NCBI GenBank assembly: GCA_040882355.1
Contig: JBBEBM010000082.1
Location: 1-50,353 of the forward strand
Source: Dehalococcoidia bacterium
GTDB taxonomy: Bacteria > Chloroflexota > Dehalococcoidia > DSTF01 > RBG-16-68-14
Length of the DNA stretch: 50,353 nucleotides
Direction: 5' to 3'
The notes under the pieces: model-generated
The model's input: the letters and a program-made list of their open reading frames with translations, nothing else
What the model was told of the DNA's origin: nothing
Databases searched by the model: none
Position numbers and translations under genes: made by a program
Part shown: in pieces, positions 9,200 through 18,233 of the stretch
Position numbering within the stretch: the stretch's first letter is position 1
Layout of the letters: the number at the start of each line of letters is the position of its first letter

Positions 9200-10951
9200 A
9201 TGCCGCTGCCGCCCTGGAAACGACGCTTCCTCGCGCCCCGCGTGTCACTGCCGATCTGGGCCCGCGACGAGCCGGAGCGGCTCGTCTACGGCTCGAACGC
9301 CGGTGGCAAGTGGGAGGTCTACGCCTGGGACCGCCGTGACGATACCCATCGCCAGGTCACCGACCGCCCCGAGGGCACGCGCTTCGGCATGCTCGATCCG
9401 GCCGGCGAGCGCGTCTGGTGGCTCGACGACAAGGACGGCAACGAGTTCGGCCGCTTCGCCTGCCAGCCGTTCGCCGGCGGCGAGACGCAGGTGGTCGCGC
9501 CGGAGCTGCCTCCCGCGTATCCGGCTGGCCTCGCGCTGGCGCGATCATTCGCGGTGCTCGGCTCGTCGACCGACGACGGCAGCGCGATCCACCTCCTGCG
9601 CGACGGCGAGCCGCCGGCCCGGCTCTACCAGCATCGCGAGGACGCGGACGTCGCCGCCCTCTCGCGAGACGAGACGCTGCTCAGCATGACGCACTCGGAG
9701 CACGGCGACAGCCGCCACCCGGCCGGGCGCGTGCTCGCGCTCGATGGCTCGCCGGTGGCGGAGCTCTGGGACGGGCCCGGTCGTGGCCTGCATCCGGCGC
9801 GCTGGTCGCCGGTCGTGGGCGATCAGCGGCTGCTCGTCACCCACGAGCGGAGCGATCTCCCGCGACCGCTCATCTGGTCGCCCGAGGCGGACGACGCGGC
9901 CGAGCTCGACATCGACCTGCCGGGCGAGGTGTTCGCCGATTGGTACCCCGATGCCTCCGCGCTCCTCATCTGGCACGGCCGTCGCGGCCGAAGCGAGCTC
10001 TACCGCCTCGATCTCGCCACGAACGCGCCGACGAAGCTCGAAACCGAGCCGGGCACCGTCGGCGGCGCCGTCGTCCGGCCAGACGGCGAGGTCTGGTACG
10101 CCTGGGCGTCGTCGTCTACGCCGCCGGAGGTGCGCGCGAACGATCGCGTCCTCCTTCGCCCAGCGGGCGAACGCGCGCCGGGCGGCGTCGCCTACAGCGA
10201 GCACGACGTGGAGGGCGTGCCTGTCTTCCTCGCGGAACCGGAGGGCCCGCGCCCGCACCCGACCGTCTTTGAGGTACACGGCGGGCCTGCCGCCCACGAC
10301 CAGGACGCGTTCTCGCCCTTCGTCCAGGCCTGGGTCGATCACGGCTACGCCGTCCTGCTCGTGAACTATCGCGGCAGCACCGGCTACGGCAAGGCCTGGC
10401 GCGATGGCCTGGAGGGCAATCCCGGCTTCACCGAGCTCGAAGACATCGCGAAGGTGCACGACTGGGTCGTGCGCGAGGCCATCGCCGATCCTCGGCGCGT
10501 CGTGCTGTCGGGCGCGTCGTGGGGCGGCTATCTGACGCTGCTCGGCCTCGGCACGCAGCCGGAGCGCTGGTCGCTCGGCATCGCCGGCGTGCCGGTCGCC
10601 GACTACGTCGCAGCGTTCGAGGATGAGATGGAGCCGCTGAAGGCGTTCGACCGGGCGCTCTTCGGCGGCTCGCCCGACGACAAGCCCGAGTTCTATCGAG
10701 AACGCTCACCGATCACCCACGTCGAGCGCGTCCGGGTGCCCGTGATGGTGCTCGCGGGGGAGAACGACCCGCGCTGCCCAATCCGCCAGATCGACAACTA
10801 TCTCGCCCGCCTGCGCGACCTCGGCAAGCCGCACGAGGTCTACCGCTTCGACGCCGGCCACTCATCGCTCGTCATCGAAGAGACCATCCGCCAGGTCGAA
10901 GCCCAGCTCGCCTTCGCCTCGAAGCACCTGGGCACGACGGCGCCGGAATGA
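9200..10951 (+). CDS. S9 family (prolyl oligopeptidase/acylaminoacyl) peptidase
   Basis: VHGGP, NYRGSTGYG, GASWGG, GENDPRC, AGH. Confidence 0.95.
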   Translation: MPLPPWKRRFLAPRVSLPIWARDEPERLVYGSNAGGKWEVYAWDRRDDTHRQVTDRPEGTRFGMLDPAGERVWWLDDKDGNEFGRFACQPFAGGETQVVAPELPPAYPAGLALARSFAVLGSSTDDGSAIHLLRDGEPPARLYQHREDADVAALSRDETLLSMTHSEHGDSRHPAGRVLALDGSPVAELWDGPGRGLHPARWSPVVGDQRLLVTHERSDLPRPLIWSPEADDAAELDIDLPGEVFADWYPDASALLIWHGRRGRSELYRLDLATNAPTKLETEPGTVGGAVVRPDGEVWYAWASSSTPPEVRANDRVLLRPAGERAPGGVAYSEHDVEGVPVFLAEPEGPRPHPTVFEVHGGPAAHDQDAFSPFVQAWVDHGYAVLLVNYRGSTGYGKAWRDGLEGNPGFTELEDIAKVHDWVVREAIADPRRVVLSGASWGGYLTLLGLGTQPERWSLGIAGVPVADYVAAFEDEMEPLKAFDRALFGGSPDDKPEFYRERSPITHVERVRVPVMVLAGENDPRCPIRQIDNYLARLRDLGKPHEVYRFDAGHSSLVIEETIRQVEAQLAFASKHLGTTAPE

Positions 10952-10997
10952 CCGAGGCGTCGATATCGCTAACGGCGGATGTCGGTTGGACGCCGCT

Positions 10998-11022
10998 GTA
11001 GGGGCGGGTCTCAGACCCGCCC
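10998..11022 (+). repeat. GTAG-family REP
   Basis: GTAG-GGGCGGGTCT-C-AGACCCGCCC. Confidence 0.85.
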
Positions 11023-11024
11023 GA

Positions 11025-11240
11025 TCAGGCGACCCGGACTGTCGCCAGTTCGAGCCGGACCTCGCCGTCCGGGACAGTCTTGCCAGTTGCTCGCCGGCTG
11101 GCCAGCCACCCCTCGATCGCTTCCTCGGCGAGCACGAGCGCCTCACGCTTGCTGCTGCCCCAGGTGATGCACCCGGGCAGCGCGGGCGCCTCCGCCGTCC
11201 ACTTACGGCCTTCCTTGGTGAGGAGGATCTGGTACTCCAT
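11025..11240 (-). CDS. hicB: HicB family antitoxin
   Basis: AEAPALPGCITWGSSKREALVLAEEAIEGWL. Confidence 0.92.
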   Translation of the reverse strand: MEYQILLTKEGRKWTAEAPALPGCITWGSSKREALVLAEEAIEGWLASRRATGKTVPDGEVRLELATVRVA

Positions 11241-11242
11241 GG

Positions 11243-11476
11243 CTAGGCCTCCCGGTTGTACTCCTCGCTGCTGATCGACGCAGCTTTCAGTGTAGCAACT
11301 ATGGCTCGCGGCGACATGGCCTTGTTGCCGTGGATCGCAATGACGATGGTGACGTTTCGATACTCGTCATGATGGAGGATGTGGTGGGACCCGTGGATGC
11401 GCTCGATCCACCAGCCTTTCCGTTGCAGGAAACGCAGCATGCGCTTCCCGCTGACACTCTTTGGCTTCTGTGGCAT
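11243..11476 (-). CDS. hicA: HicA family toxin
   Basis: RFLQRKGWWIERIHGSHHIL..IHGNK. Confidence 0.9.
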   Translation of the reverse strand: MPQKPKSVSGKRMLRFLQRKGWWIERIHGSHHILHHDEYRNVTIVIAIHGNKAMSPRAIVATLKAASISSEEYNREA

Positions 11477-11493
11477 GGCCGCCCGCCCTCGGT

Positions 11494-11508
11494 GCCGTGC
11501 GCCCCTAC
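11494..11508 (-). repeat. Partial GTAG REP overlapping the argG stop
   Basis: Minus strand reads GTAGGGGCGCACGGC; inverted relative to the REP at 10998. Confidence 0.6.
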
Positions 11509-12752
11509 GGCTCGTCTTCCGGAGGCGCCGCGATGCGCATCGTGTCGTCGTGCTCCGGCAGGAGCTGGGCCTGCGCCTGAGTGACGGCGGGCAGCCCGAA
11601 GACCTTGATGAACCCCTCGGCGGCGGACGAGTCGTACTGGTCGCCTTCCTCGTACGTCGCCAGCGCGAAGGCGTAGAGGCTGCGCGGCGACTTCGTGCCG
11701 GTGGGCGTGGCCTGGCCCTTGTGCAGGCGCATGCGCACCGTGCCGCTGACGTGGCGCTGCGTCGAGTGGACGTAATGCGCCAGGTCCTGGTGATGCGCGG
11801 TGAACCAGAGGCCGTTGTAGATCAGCTCCGCGTACTCCTGCGCGATGCTCGCCTTGAGGCGGATCTGCGCCTTCGAGAGCGTCATCTGCTCCAGCGCGTC
11901 GTGCGCGGCGAGCAGCGTCACCGCCCCCGGCGACTCGTACACCTCGCGCGACTTGATGCCGACGAGCCGGTCCTCCAGGTGGTCGATGCGCCCGACGCCG
12001 TGCTCCCCGGCCAGCTCGTTCATGCGCTGCGTCAGCGCCACCGGGTCGAGCTCGTCGCCGTCGAGCGAGATGGGCACGCCGCGCTTGAACTCGACCTCGA
12101 CATTCCGGGGCTCATCGGGTGCGTTCGCGATGGAGCGCGTCCAGGCGAACGCGTCCTCAGGCGGCTCCGTCCACGGGTCTTCGAGCGGCCCCGACTCGAT
12201 GCTGCGCCCCCAGAGGTTCTCGTCGATCGAGTAGGGGCTCGCCTTCGTCACGGGCACCGGGATGTTGTGCTGCTGCGCGTACTCGATCTCAGACTCGCGC
12301 GTGCGCAGGTCCCACTCGCGCAGCGGCGCGACGATGCGCAGGTCGGGCGCGAGCGCCTGCACGCTCACGTCGAAGCGCACCTGGTCGTTGCCCTTGCCCG
12401 TGCAACCGTGCGCGACGGCCTGCGCGCCCTCTTCGCGCGCGACGTCCACCATCAGCTTGGCGATCAGCGGCCGCGCCAGCGCCGTCGCGAGCGGGTAGCG
12501 CCCCTGGTAGCGGGCGCCGGCCATCATCGCCGGGAAGGCGAAGTAGCGGATGAAGTCCTCGCGAGCGTCTAGCCAGCGGTAGCCGACGGCGCCCGCCGCC
12601 AGCGCGCGCTCCTCCAGCGTCGCGCGGTCGCGGTCGAGACCGACGTCTACCGTCAGCGCGATCACGTCGTACCCGCGCTCGACGGTCAGCCAGCGGACCG
12701 CGACGGAGGTATCGAGACCACCGGAGTAGGCGAGGATTACCTTCTCAGACAT
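11505..12752 (-). CDS. argG: Argininosuccinate synthase
   Basis: LAYSGGLDTS, AHGCTGKGNDQVRF, YSIDENLWG, GIKSREVYE. Confidence 0.98.
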   Translation of the reverse strand: MSEKVILAYSGGLDTSVAVRWLTVERGYDVIALTVDVGLDRDRATLEERALAAGAVGYRWLDAREDFIRYFAFPAMMAGARYQGRYPLATALARPLIAKLMVDVAREEGAQAVAHGCTGKGNDQVRFDVSVQALAPDLRIVAPLREWDLRTRESEIEYAQQHNIPVPVTKASPYSIDENLWGRSIESGPLEDPWTEPPEDAFAWTRSIANAPDEPRNVEVEFKRGVPISLDGDELDPVALTQRMNELAGEHGVGRIDHLEDRLVGIKSREVYESPGAVTLLAAHDALEQMTLSKAQIRLKASIAQEYAELIYNGLWFTAHHQDLAHYVHSTQRHVSGTVRMRLHKGQATPTGTKSPRSLYAFALATYEEGDQYDSSAAEGFIKVFGLPAVTQAQAQLLPEHDDTMRIAAPPEDEP

Positions 12753-12766
12753 GAAGACCTCTCTGA

Positions 12767-12795
12767 GCCACAGATTGACACAGATTCACACTGAT
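12767..12795 (+). repeat. CACAGAT-unit repeat, left arm
   Basis: gccacagattgacacagattcacactgat; inverted match to 13384..13402. Confidence 0.8.
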
Positions 12796-12835
12796 GGCCA
12801 TCCGGCTTGTGAAGCAGAGCGATCGCTCGGGGCTA

Positions 12836-13351
12836 TCAACGCCGACCACCTGAGCGACGCTTGACGCTCTTGATGGCTTCTTCGATTTGCGGGCGGTCGT
12901 CTGGATGCCTAAGGATGAGCGACTTGCCAACGCTTTCCGATGGCGCGCCTGGTTCCACCCACGTCATCTCAGGTGGATCCGGCGCGAGCACCTCAACGAC
13001 ATCGTCCTCGGTGCAGATCACGTAGTGCACCAGCGTCGGGCGATGAACACCGAGCAGCGGCTCCTTCTCACGCAACGCGGCCACCCAAGGCGAATCCGCA
13101 ACGATCAGCGTCCGTCCGAGCTGGTCCTGGGTGCCTGACAACCTCTCCCATAACTCGAGGCGGTACTCTTCCATGATGTTCCGATAGGCTGGGAACCTCG
13201 AGAACGTGAAGCGCAGGCGGCGTGCCTCGGGATCGCGGATGCCTTGTACGGTGACCGAGAGTTCTCCGTCGTCGACCAGCGAGACCATCGCCAAGAAGTC
13301 GACATCGGAGACCGGCGTCTCCCATCGCGCTACCTGCCAATTCTCGTACAT
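12836..13351 (-). CDS. Hypothetical protein inserted between argD and argG
   Basis: 171 aa globular-looking ORF, lower GC, GAGG upstream of ATG. Confidence 0.75.
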   Translation of the reverse strand: MYENWQVARWETPVSDVDFLAMVSLVDDGELSVTVQGIRDPEARRLRFTFSRFPAYRNIMEEYRLELWERLSGTQDQLGRTLIVADSPWVAALREKEPLLGVHRPTLVHYVICTEDDVVEVLAPDPPEMTWVEPGAPSESVGKSLILRHPDDRPQIEEAIKSVKRRSGGRR

Positions 13352-13380
13352 CGCCTCGGATCTTCGCCAGCGGCTACCTG

Positions 13381-13402
13381 GGCATCTGTGTGTATCTGTG
13401 GC
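13381..13402 (-). repeat. CACAGAT-unit repeat, right arm
   Basis: ggcatctgtgtgtatctgtggc; flanked by a 10-bp direct repeat gcggctacct (13370, 13401). Confidence 0.8.
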
Positions 13403-13408
13403 GGCTAC

Positions 13409-14608
13409 CTACTTCGCTGCCGCGCCGCCCAGCTCCGCGAGCACGCCTTCGAGGACCGCGAGGCCCTCGTCCAGCTCCTCGCGCGACACGATCAGCGGCG
13501 GGCAGATGCGGACGGCGTCCGGGCGCACGTTGTTCACGATCAGGCCGCGCTCCAGGCAGCGCGCGACGGCGTCCGCCGCGACCTCGCGCGACAGGCCGAT
13601 CGCCCAGAGCAGCCCCTTGCCGCGGACCTCGGTCACGAGGTCGAGCCGGTCCTCGAGGCTGCGCAAACGCTGCTCCAGGTACGCGCCGTCGTCCGCCACC
13701 TTCGAAGGCAGGTCTTGCTCGATGACGTACTTCGTCACCTCGTAGCCGGCGCGCGTGGCGAGCGGGTTGCCGCCGTAGGTCGAGCCGTGGTCGCCTGGCG
13801 TGAAGACAGAGCAGTGCTCCTTCGAAAGCACCGCACTCAGCGGCACGCCCGACGCGATCCCCTTCGCCAGCGTCATCACGTCCGGCTCCACGCCGAACAG
13901 CTCGTAGGCGAAGAGCGTCCCGCAGCGCCCGATGCCCGTCTGCACCTCGTCGAAGATGAGCAGGACGTTCTGCTCGTCGCACCAGCGGCGCACGGCCGGC
14001 AGGTAGTCGTCGTCCGGCACGTTGACGCCGGCCTCGCCCTGGATCGGCTCGAGCATGACGGCGCAGGTGCGCTCGTTCGTCGCCGCGCGCAGCGCCTCGA
14101 TGTCGTTGAACGGCACGTGGACGAAGCCGGGCGGCAGCGGCGCGAACGGCTCCTTGTAGCGATCGGTGCCGCTCGCGGTGATCGTGGTCAGCGTGCGCCC
14201 GTGAAAGCCGTCGAGCGTGCAGACGATCTCGAACGCGCCGTTCTTGTGCTCGCGGCCCCACTTGCGGGCGAGCTTGATCGCGGCCTCGTTCGCCTCTGCG
14301 CCGCTGTTCCCGAAGTAGACACGGTCGAAGCATGAGTGCTCGACGAGCAGCTCGGCGAGCTGGAGCTGGGGCAGCGTGTACATCAGGTTCGAGGTGATGG
14401 TCAGCGTGCGCGCCTGGTCGGCGATCGCGTCGGCGAGCACCGGGTGCGAGTGACCGAGGCTCGCCGTCGCCGTGCCGGCGAAGAAGTCGAGGTACGCTTT
14501 GCCGTCCTCGTCCCACAGCCGGCAGCCCGCGCCCTTCACGAGCACGACGTCCAGCCGCCGGCCGGTCTTCATGAACACGCGCGACTCGATCTCGCGCCAG
14601 TCACTCAT
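13409..14608 (-). CDS. argD: Acetylornithine aminotransferase
   Basis: NSGAEANEAAIK, FHGRT, EPIQGE, DEVQTG, TLAKG, HGSTYGGNPL; near argG. Confidence 0.93.
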   Translation of the reverse strand: MSDWREIESRVFMKTGRRLDVVLVKGAGCRLWDEDGKAYLDFFAGTATASLGHSHPVLADAIADQARTLTITSNLMYTLPQLQLAELLVEHSCFDRVYFGNSGAEANEAAIKLARKWGREHKNGAFEIVCTLDGFHGRTLTTITASGTDRYKEPFAPLPPGFVHVPFNDIEALRAATNERTCAVMLEPIQGEAGVNVPDDDYLPAVRRWCDEQNVLLIFDEVQTGIGRCGTLFAYELFGVEPDVMTLAKGIASGVPLSAVLSKEHCSVFTPGDHGSTYGGNPLATRAGYEVTKYVIEQDLPSKVADDGAYLEQRLRSLEDRLDLVTEVRGKGLLWAIGLSREVAADAVARCLERGLIVNNVRPDAVRICPPLIVSREELDEGLAVLEGVLAELGGAAAK

Positions 14609-14659
14609 AGCGGGAGCAGGGTAACACGGAGGGCCGGAAGGCGGGAAGGCGACGGCGCG

Positions 14660-16249
14660 CTAGGGCGGTGGAATCGGTACGAGTAACAGGCGCGACGGCT
14701 CGGCTACGATGATAAACCGCTCTCCTGGCGAGAGAACCAGATCGGTAATCTGCTCCGGGCTAAGAAGGAGCGTGCGCTCCTCGCCGTTTGTGAGGCGCAC
14801 TGCACCTGCGGCCGTCGTGTACAGCAGGCGGTCGTCAGAGAGAAATATCAGCGGCGGGAGATTGGTGTCCGCACCCTCAAGGTGGGCGGCGCCCGGCCCG
14901 GGCACGCGATACTGTTCAGCGCCGCTCGCGACATCCATGACGGCAATGCAGGCCGTCTCGGCGCCGTGCTCACCACAGGGTCGCTCCGCAGCGGCCCCAG
15001 TGACGTAAGCGATGAGGGAGCCGTCGGGCGACCAGGCCCCGTCTTTGCCAATCGAGGCTACGAGGCGACTCTGGCCGCTCGCGACATTCCAAAGACGCAG
15101 ACTGACCGGAGGTTGAAGACTTGTCCCGTCGCTCGGATTCTCCTCGTACAGAAACGCCGAGCTGTCTGGCGCCCACGCGTCGAAGCGCTGCCATGGCGTG
15201 CGGCGGCCTTGCGGTGCGAGGCGCGTGAGTTCTTGCGTGGATCGGTCGTAGAGGAGGACCGTCGGAAATGTCATATCCTCGACAGCTACGTAGCGTTGAT
15301 CTGGCGACCAGGTGTACACCGTTCCGAGAATGCCGACGCCCTCCGCTCCCGTAGTCACGCCGGCGAAGCGCACCGCCTGGCTGACCGCTCCCGTTCGCAC
15401 ATCCATGGTGAACGGCTGGCGACACGCCGTCCCGCAGCCTTCGTCAAAGGCCAACGTCTGGTCGTCCAGCCAGCCATGCAGCGACTTCTCGGTGCTTGGT
15501 GAGAGCTCTGCCGCAGCGCCGGGCAGCAGGTCGCGCAGGCCTGACCCGTCCGCGTTGACGACCCAGATCGACGAGCTATAGTCGTCGGCGATGCCGCCTC
15601 GGCCAGGATGCGCGCCGATGAATGCGATCCGGGTGCCGTCCGGCGACCATCGCGGAGTGCTGGTCTGTCTTGCCAGGAGCCTCGGTGCGAAGTCCGGTGA
15701 ATCGGCGCGGTAGAGGCTGCCGCCCTGGCTGTATGCGAGGGAGAGTCCATTCGGTGACCAGTCGGCGCCGCCGAAGGAGCCATCACCCAAGTCGATCACT
15801 CCCTCCGGTAACGGGGACACGGTCGCGGTCGCAGCGAGATCTCCCGGGGCACTCAGCGCCCCGCCCAGCTCCGGCGGCTCATCATTCCCGCCCGTCCGCA
15901 CCACCCCCCACACCAGCAGCCCGAGGCCCGCGCCGACCACCGTCGCGGCCACCGCTGCGCCGAGCACTGAGAGCCGGCTAGCGCTCGCGGCGCGCCAGAG
16001 TGCGCCGAGCGGCGCCACGACGGCCGCCCACCAGGGGCGCTCGGTCGGCTGCCAGAGGGCGGCCTCGTCTCGCGACGCGACGCCCAGCTTGCTGAGTATC
16101 TCCGAGACGTGGTACTTGGCGCCGGCCAGGCTGATGGCGAGGCGCTCGGCGATCTCCTCGTTCGAGCGCCGCTCGCGCAACAGGGCAAGCACCTGCCACT
16201 CACGCGGAGTGAGGATGTCGGGGTGCCGTGGCCGGCCACGCTTCGCCAT
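14660..16249 (-). CDS. LuxR-type HTH + transmembrane segment + TolB/PD40 beta-propeller
   Basis: LTPREWQVL..SNEEIAERL..KYHVSEILSKLG; hydrophobic segment; repeated WSPDG motifs. Confidence 0.88.
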   Translation of the reverse strand: MAKRGRPRHPDILTPREWQVLALLRERRSNEEIAERLAISLAGAKYHVSEILSKLGVASRDEAALWQPTERPWWAAVVAPLGALWRAASASRLSVLGAAVAATVVGAGLGLLVWGVVRTGGNDEPPELGGALSAPGDLAATATVSPLPEGVIDLGDGSFGGADWSPNGLSLAYSQGGSLYRADSPDFAPRLLARQTSTPRWSPDGTRIAFIGAHPGRGGIADDYSSSIWVVNADGSGLRDLLPGAAAELSPSTEKSLHGWLDDQTLAFDEGCGTACRQPFTMDVRTGAVSQAVRFAGVTTGAEGVGILGTVYTWSPDQRYVAVEDMTFPTVLLYDRSTQELTRLAPQGRRTPWQRFDAWAPDSSAFLYEENPSDGTSLQPPVSLRLWNVASGQSRLVASIGKDGAWSPDGSLIAYVTGAAAERPCGEHGAETACIAVMDVASGAEQYRVPGPGAAHLEGADTNLPPLIFLSDDRLLYTTAAGAVRLTNGEERTLLLSPEQITDLVLSPGERFIIVAEPSRLLLVPIPPP

Positions 16250-16440
16250 AGCCCGAGGATAGCGCCAAGCGCGTCGAATTACACTAGTCTTCCGCGGAGA
16301 GAAACATTCCTTTGGGTCGGATTCGTAACGCGGTTCTCACGGAAAGCGATTGAACCCTGGTACAGGCTGGGCGGCGGCGGTCGATAGCTGATAGTGGGTA
16401 AGCGTTGGGCCATGGGCCCGCAGCATGAAGGAGGTCGTGA

Positions 16441-16707
16441 ATGAAGAAGAAGATCGTAGGAGCACTGTTCGCCGTATCCCTGATGGGAGGCGCGGCGTTT
16501 GGCGGTGTCGCGCTGGCTGAGGGCGAAGGCCACACACCCGTTGTCGTCTGCCACTGGGTGCCCGCGCACGACGGCAGCTTCGTCGTCATTACGGTCGATG
16601 ACGACGGCGCCGACGGCAACGCCAACCTGGAGGCGCACGCCGGCCACGAGAATGACGTGATCAACCCGGCCAGCGGCTCGTGTGACGACGGAGGCGGCGA
16701 AGACTAG
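16441..16707 (+). CDS. Small secreted acidic His/Cys-containing protein
   Basis: GGAGG RBS; MKKK + hydrophobic + VALA signal peptide; VVCH..ITVD..AHAGH..D..C; followed by a terminator. Confidence 0.85.
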   Translation: MKKKIVGALFAVSLMGGAAFGGVALAEGEGHTPVVVCHWVPAHDGSFVVITVDDDGADGNANLEAHAGHENDVINPASGSCDDGGGED

Positions 16708-16724
16708 TCTCGAACACGAGAAGA

Positions 16725-16761
16725 ATGAAGGGGCCCGTCATCCACTGACGGGTCCCTTCAT
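16725..16761 (+). terminator. Stem-loop terminator
   Basis: atgaaggggcccgtca-tccac-tgacgggtcccttcat. Confidence 0.8.
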
Positions 16762-16821
16762 GTAGACTGCTGGGCGGCGGCGGCTTGCACCCGGCATCCG
16801 CCTATCCACGTCGCCCGTTCC

Positions 16822-16887
16822 CTAGATCAGGCTGCTTGGCAGGCCCTGGAGCACCCGCAGCACGCACATCTCGCCCATGTGGGCGTG
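16822..16887 (-). repeat. Orphan copy of the last 66 bp of the DinB-family gene (20226..20291)
   Basis: 60/66 identical by manual alignment, ungapped; HAHMGEMCVLRVLQGLPSSLI* vs ...GLKSSLI*. Confidence 0.92.
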
Positions 16888-17117
16888 GCTGCGTGTAACA
16901 TGCGGAGTGCGGGGTCGCCAGGTTCGGCCCCGCTGCTCCAGACGCGGCCTGAACGCGCGCCAGCCAATTCTGTTACAAACTCAACGCCTGCTCAACCAAC
17001 TTCGGCTGAGTTCGCGTTATCCTCTCTCATAGGAAGAGGCTCTCGCCCTTCTCGCCGCCCTCCCCGCGCGGCCATCGTTCACCCCGCTGATCAGTTTGGA
17101 GGAGGCTAGACGAAGTC

Positions 17118-18134
17118 ATGAACGCAAAGGCCATCGCCCATCGACCCGTTGCGTGGGTCATCACTGTGGCGCTGTTGCTCGCCGCCTTGGGCACGCTATT
17201 GGCGTTCGCCATGATCCCGCGAGCGGACGCACACGCGCCATCCGGCGCCATCTTCACGACGCTCGCAGACGGCAGCGAAGTGAACGAAAACCAGTTCCCA
17301 AGCAAGCCCGACGTCTACCTGGACGGAGGCCCCGGCCCCGGCGCGCCGCAGGGAGCCGCGGGCCTTGACGACGGCACGTACGTCTTCATGGTCACAAACC
17401 CGAATGGAGATGTGCTTCTCTCGACCGACCTTGGAGGTTGCCGCCAGGTGACGGTCGCCGGCGGAGTCTTCACGGGCGTCGTGCCGTTCGGCGGCTGCCA
17501 GCACGTCACGGGCAACGACACAGACCACCCGCCTGCCAAGACCGTGCAGCTCTTCCCGTTTGACGACACCCCCAACCCAGGCGGCGTGTACAAGGCGCAC
17601 ATCGTTGCGCTGGACGACTTCCTGGCCGGCTGCGCCGCGCTGGGTGCCGCCAACGGCCTGAATGTGGTGGACTGCGGCCTTGCGCCGAACAACCATCACG
17701 GCTTCGTCAGCGCCCACAGCAAGACGGACAACTTCAAGGTTGATGACCCCGCGCATGAGATCGACATTCGGTTCTTCTACGACGGCGATGGCAACGGCCG
17801 TTACAACGAGGACCACGACGAGCTACTACCCAACCTCCAGACGTCATGGACCGACACCTTGGGTGCCCGCAACATCCGCTGGTCCGACCCGGACTACCAC
17901 ACGTTCGGTCACGTGGAGGCAGCGGAGACCGGCCGCCACTCCATCAGCATCTACAACCAGGCCGGTTGCGACATCGGCCAGGTCAGCGTGACCCAGTGGG
18001 TGGGAGAGGGCGCCTCTTCCCAGGTCACAACAGACAAGAAGCTGAAGAAGGGTCCGCAGAACGTCAGCGTGACGTTCTCCAACCGCCACGAGACGATGCC
18101 TGTTACCTGGTACGTCGACGCGGCCTGCAAGTAG
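17118..18134 (+). CDS. Secreted/surface protein, Cys-containing, with SdrB/prealbumin-like C-terminal segment
   Basis: Signal peptide ..ADAH; GAIFTT..VN.N..K.DVYLDGGPG; FYDGDGNG; GGAGG RBS. Confidence 0.85.
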   Translation: MNAKAIAHRPVAWVITVALLLAALGTLLAFAMIPRADAHAPSGAIFTTLADGSEVNENQFPSKPDVYLDGGPGPGAPQGAAGLDDGTYVFMVTNPNGDVLLSTDLGGCRQVTVAGGVFTGVVPFGGCQHVTGNDTDHPPAKTVQLFPFDDTPNPGGVYKAHIVALDDFLAGCAALGAANGLNVVDCGLAPNNHHGFVSAHSKTDNFKVDDPAHEIDIRFFYDGDGNGRYNEDHDELLPNLQTSWTDTLGARNIRWSDPDYHTFGHVEAAETGRHSISIYNQAGCDIGQVSVTQWVGEGASSQVTTDKKLKKGPQNVSVTFSNRHETMPVTWYVDAACK

Positions 18135-18155
18135 TCACTAGGCAAACCGCTGGCA

Positions 18156-18191
18156 ATAAGACAGGCGCCCCAGGAGGGGCGCCTGTCTTAT
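18156..18191. terminator. Bidirectional terminator hairpin
   Basis: Perfect 16-bp stem ataagacaggcgcccc-agga-ggggcgcctgtcttat between convergent genes. Confidence 0.85.
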
Positions 18192-18233
18192 CGTTGCGCG
18201 GGGCACGGCGGTAGCGCGGAGCCGCGCTGAGCC

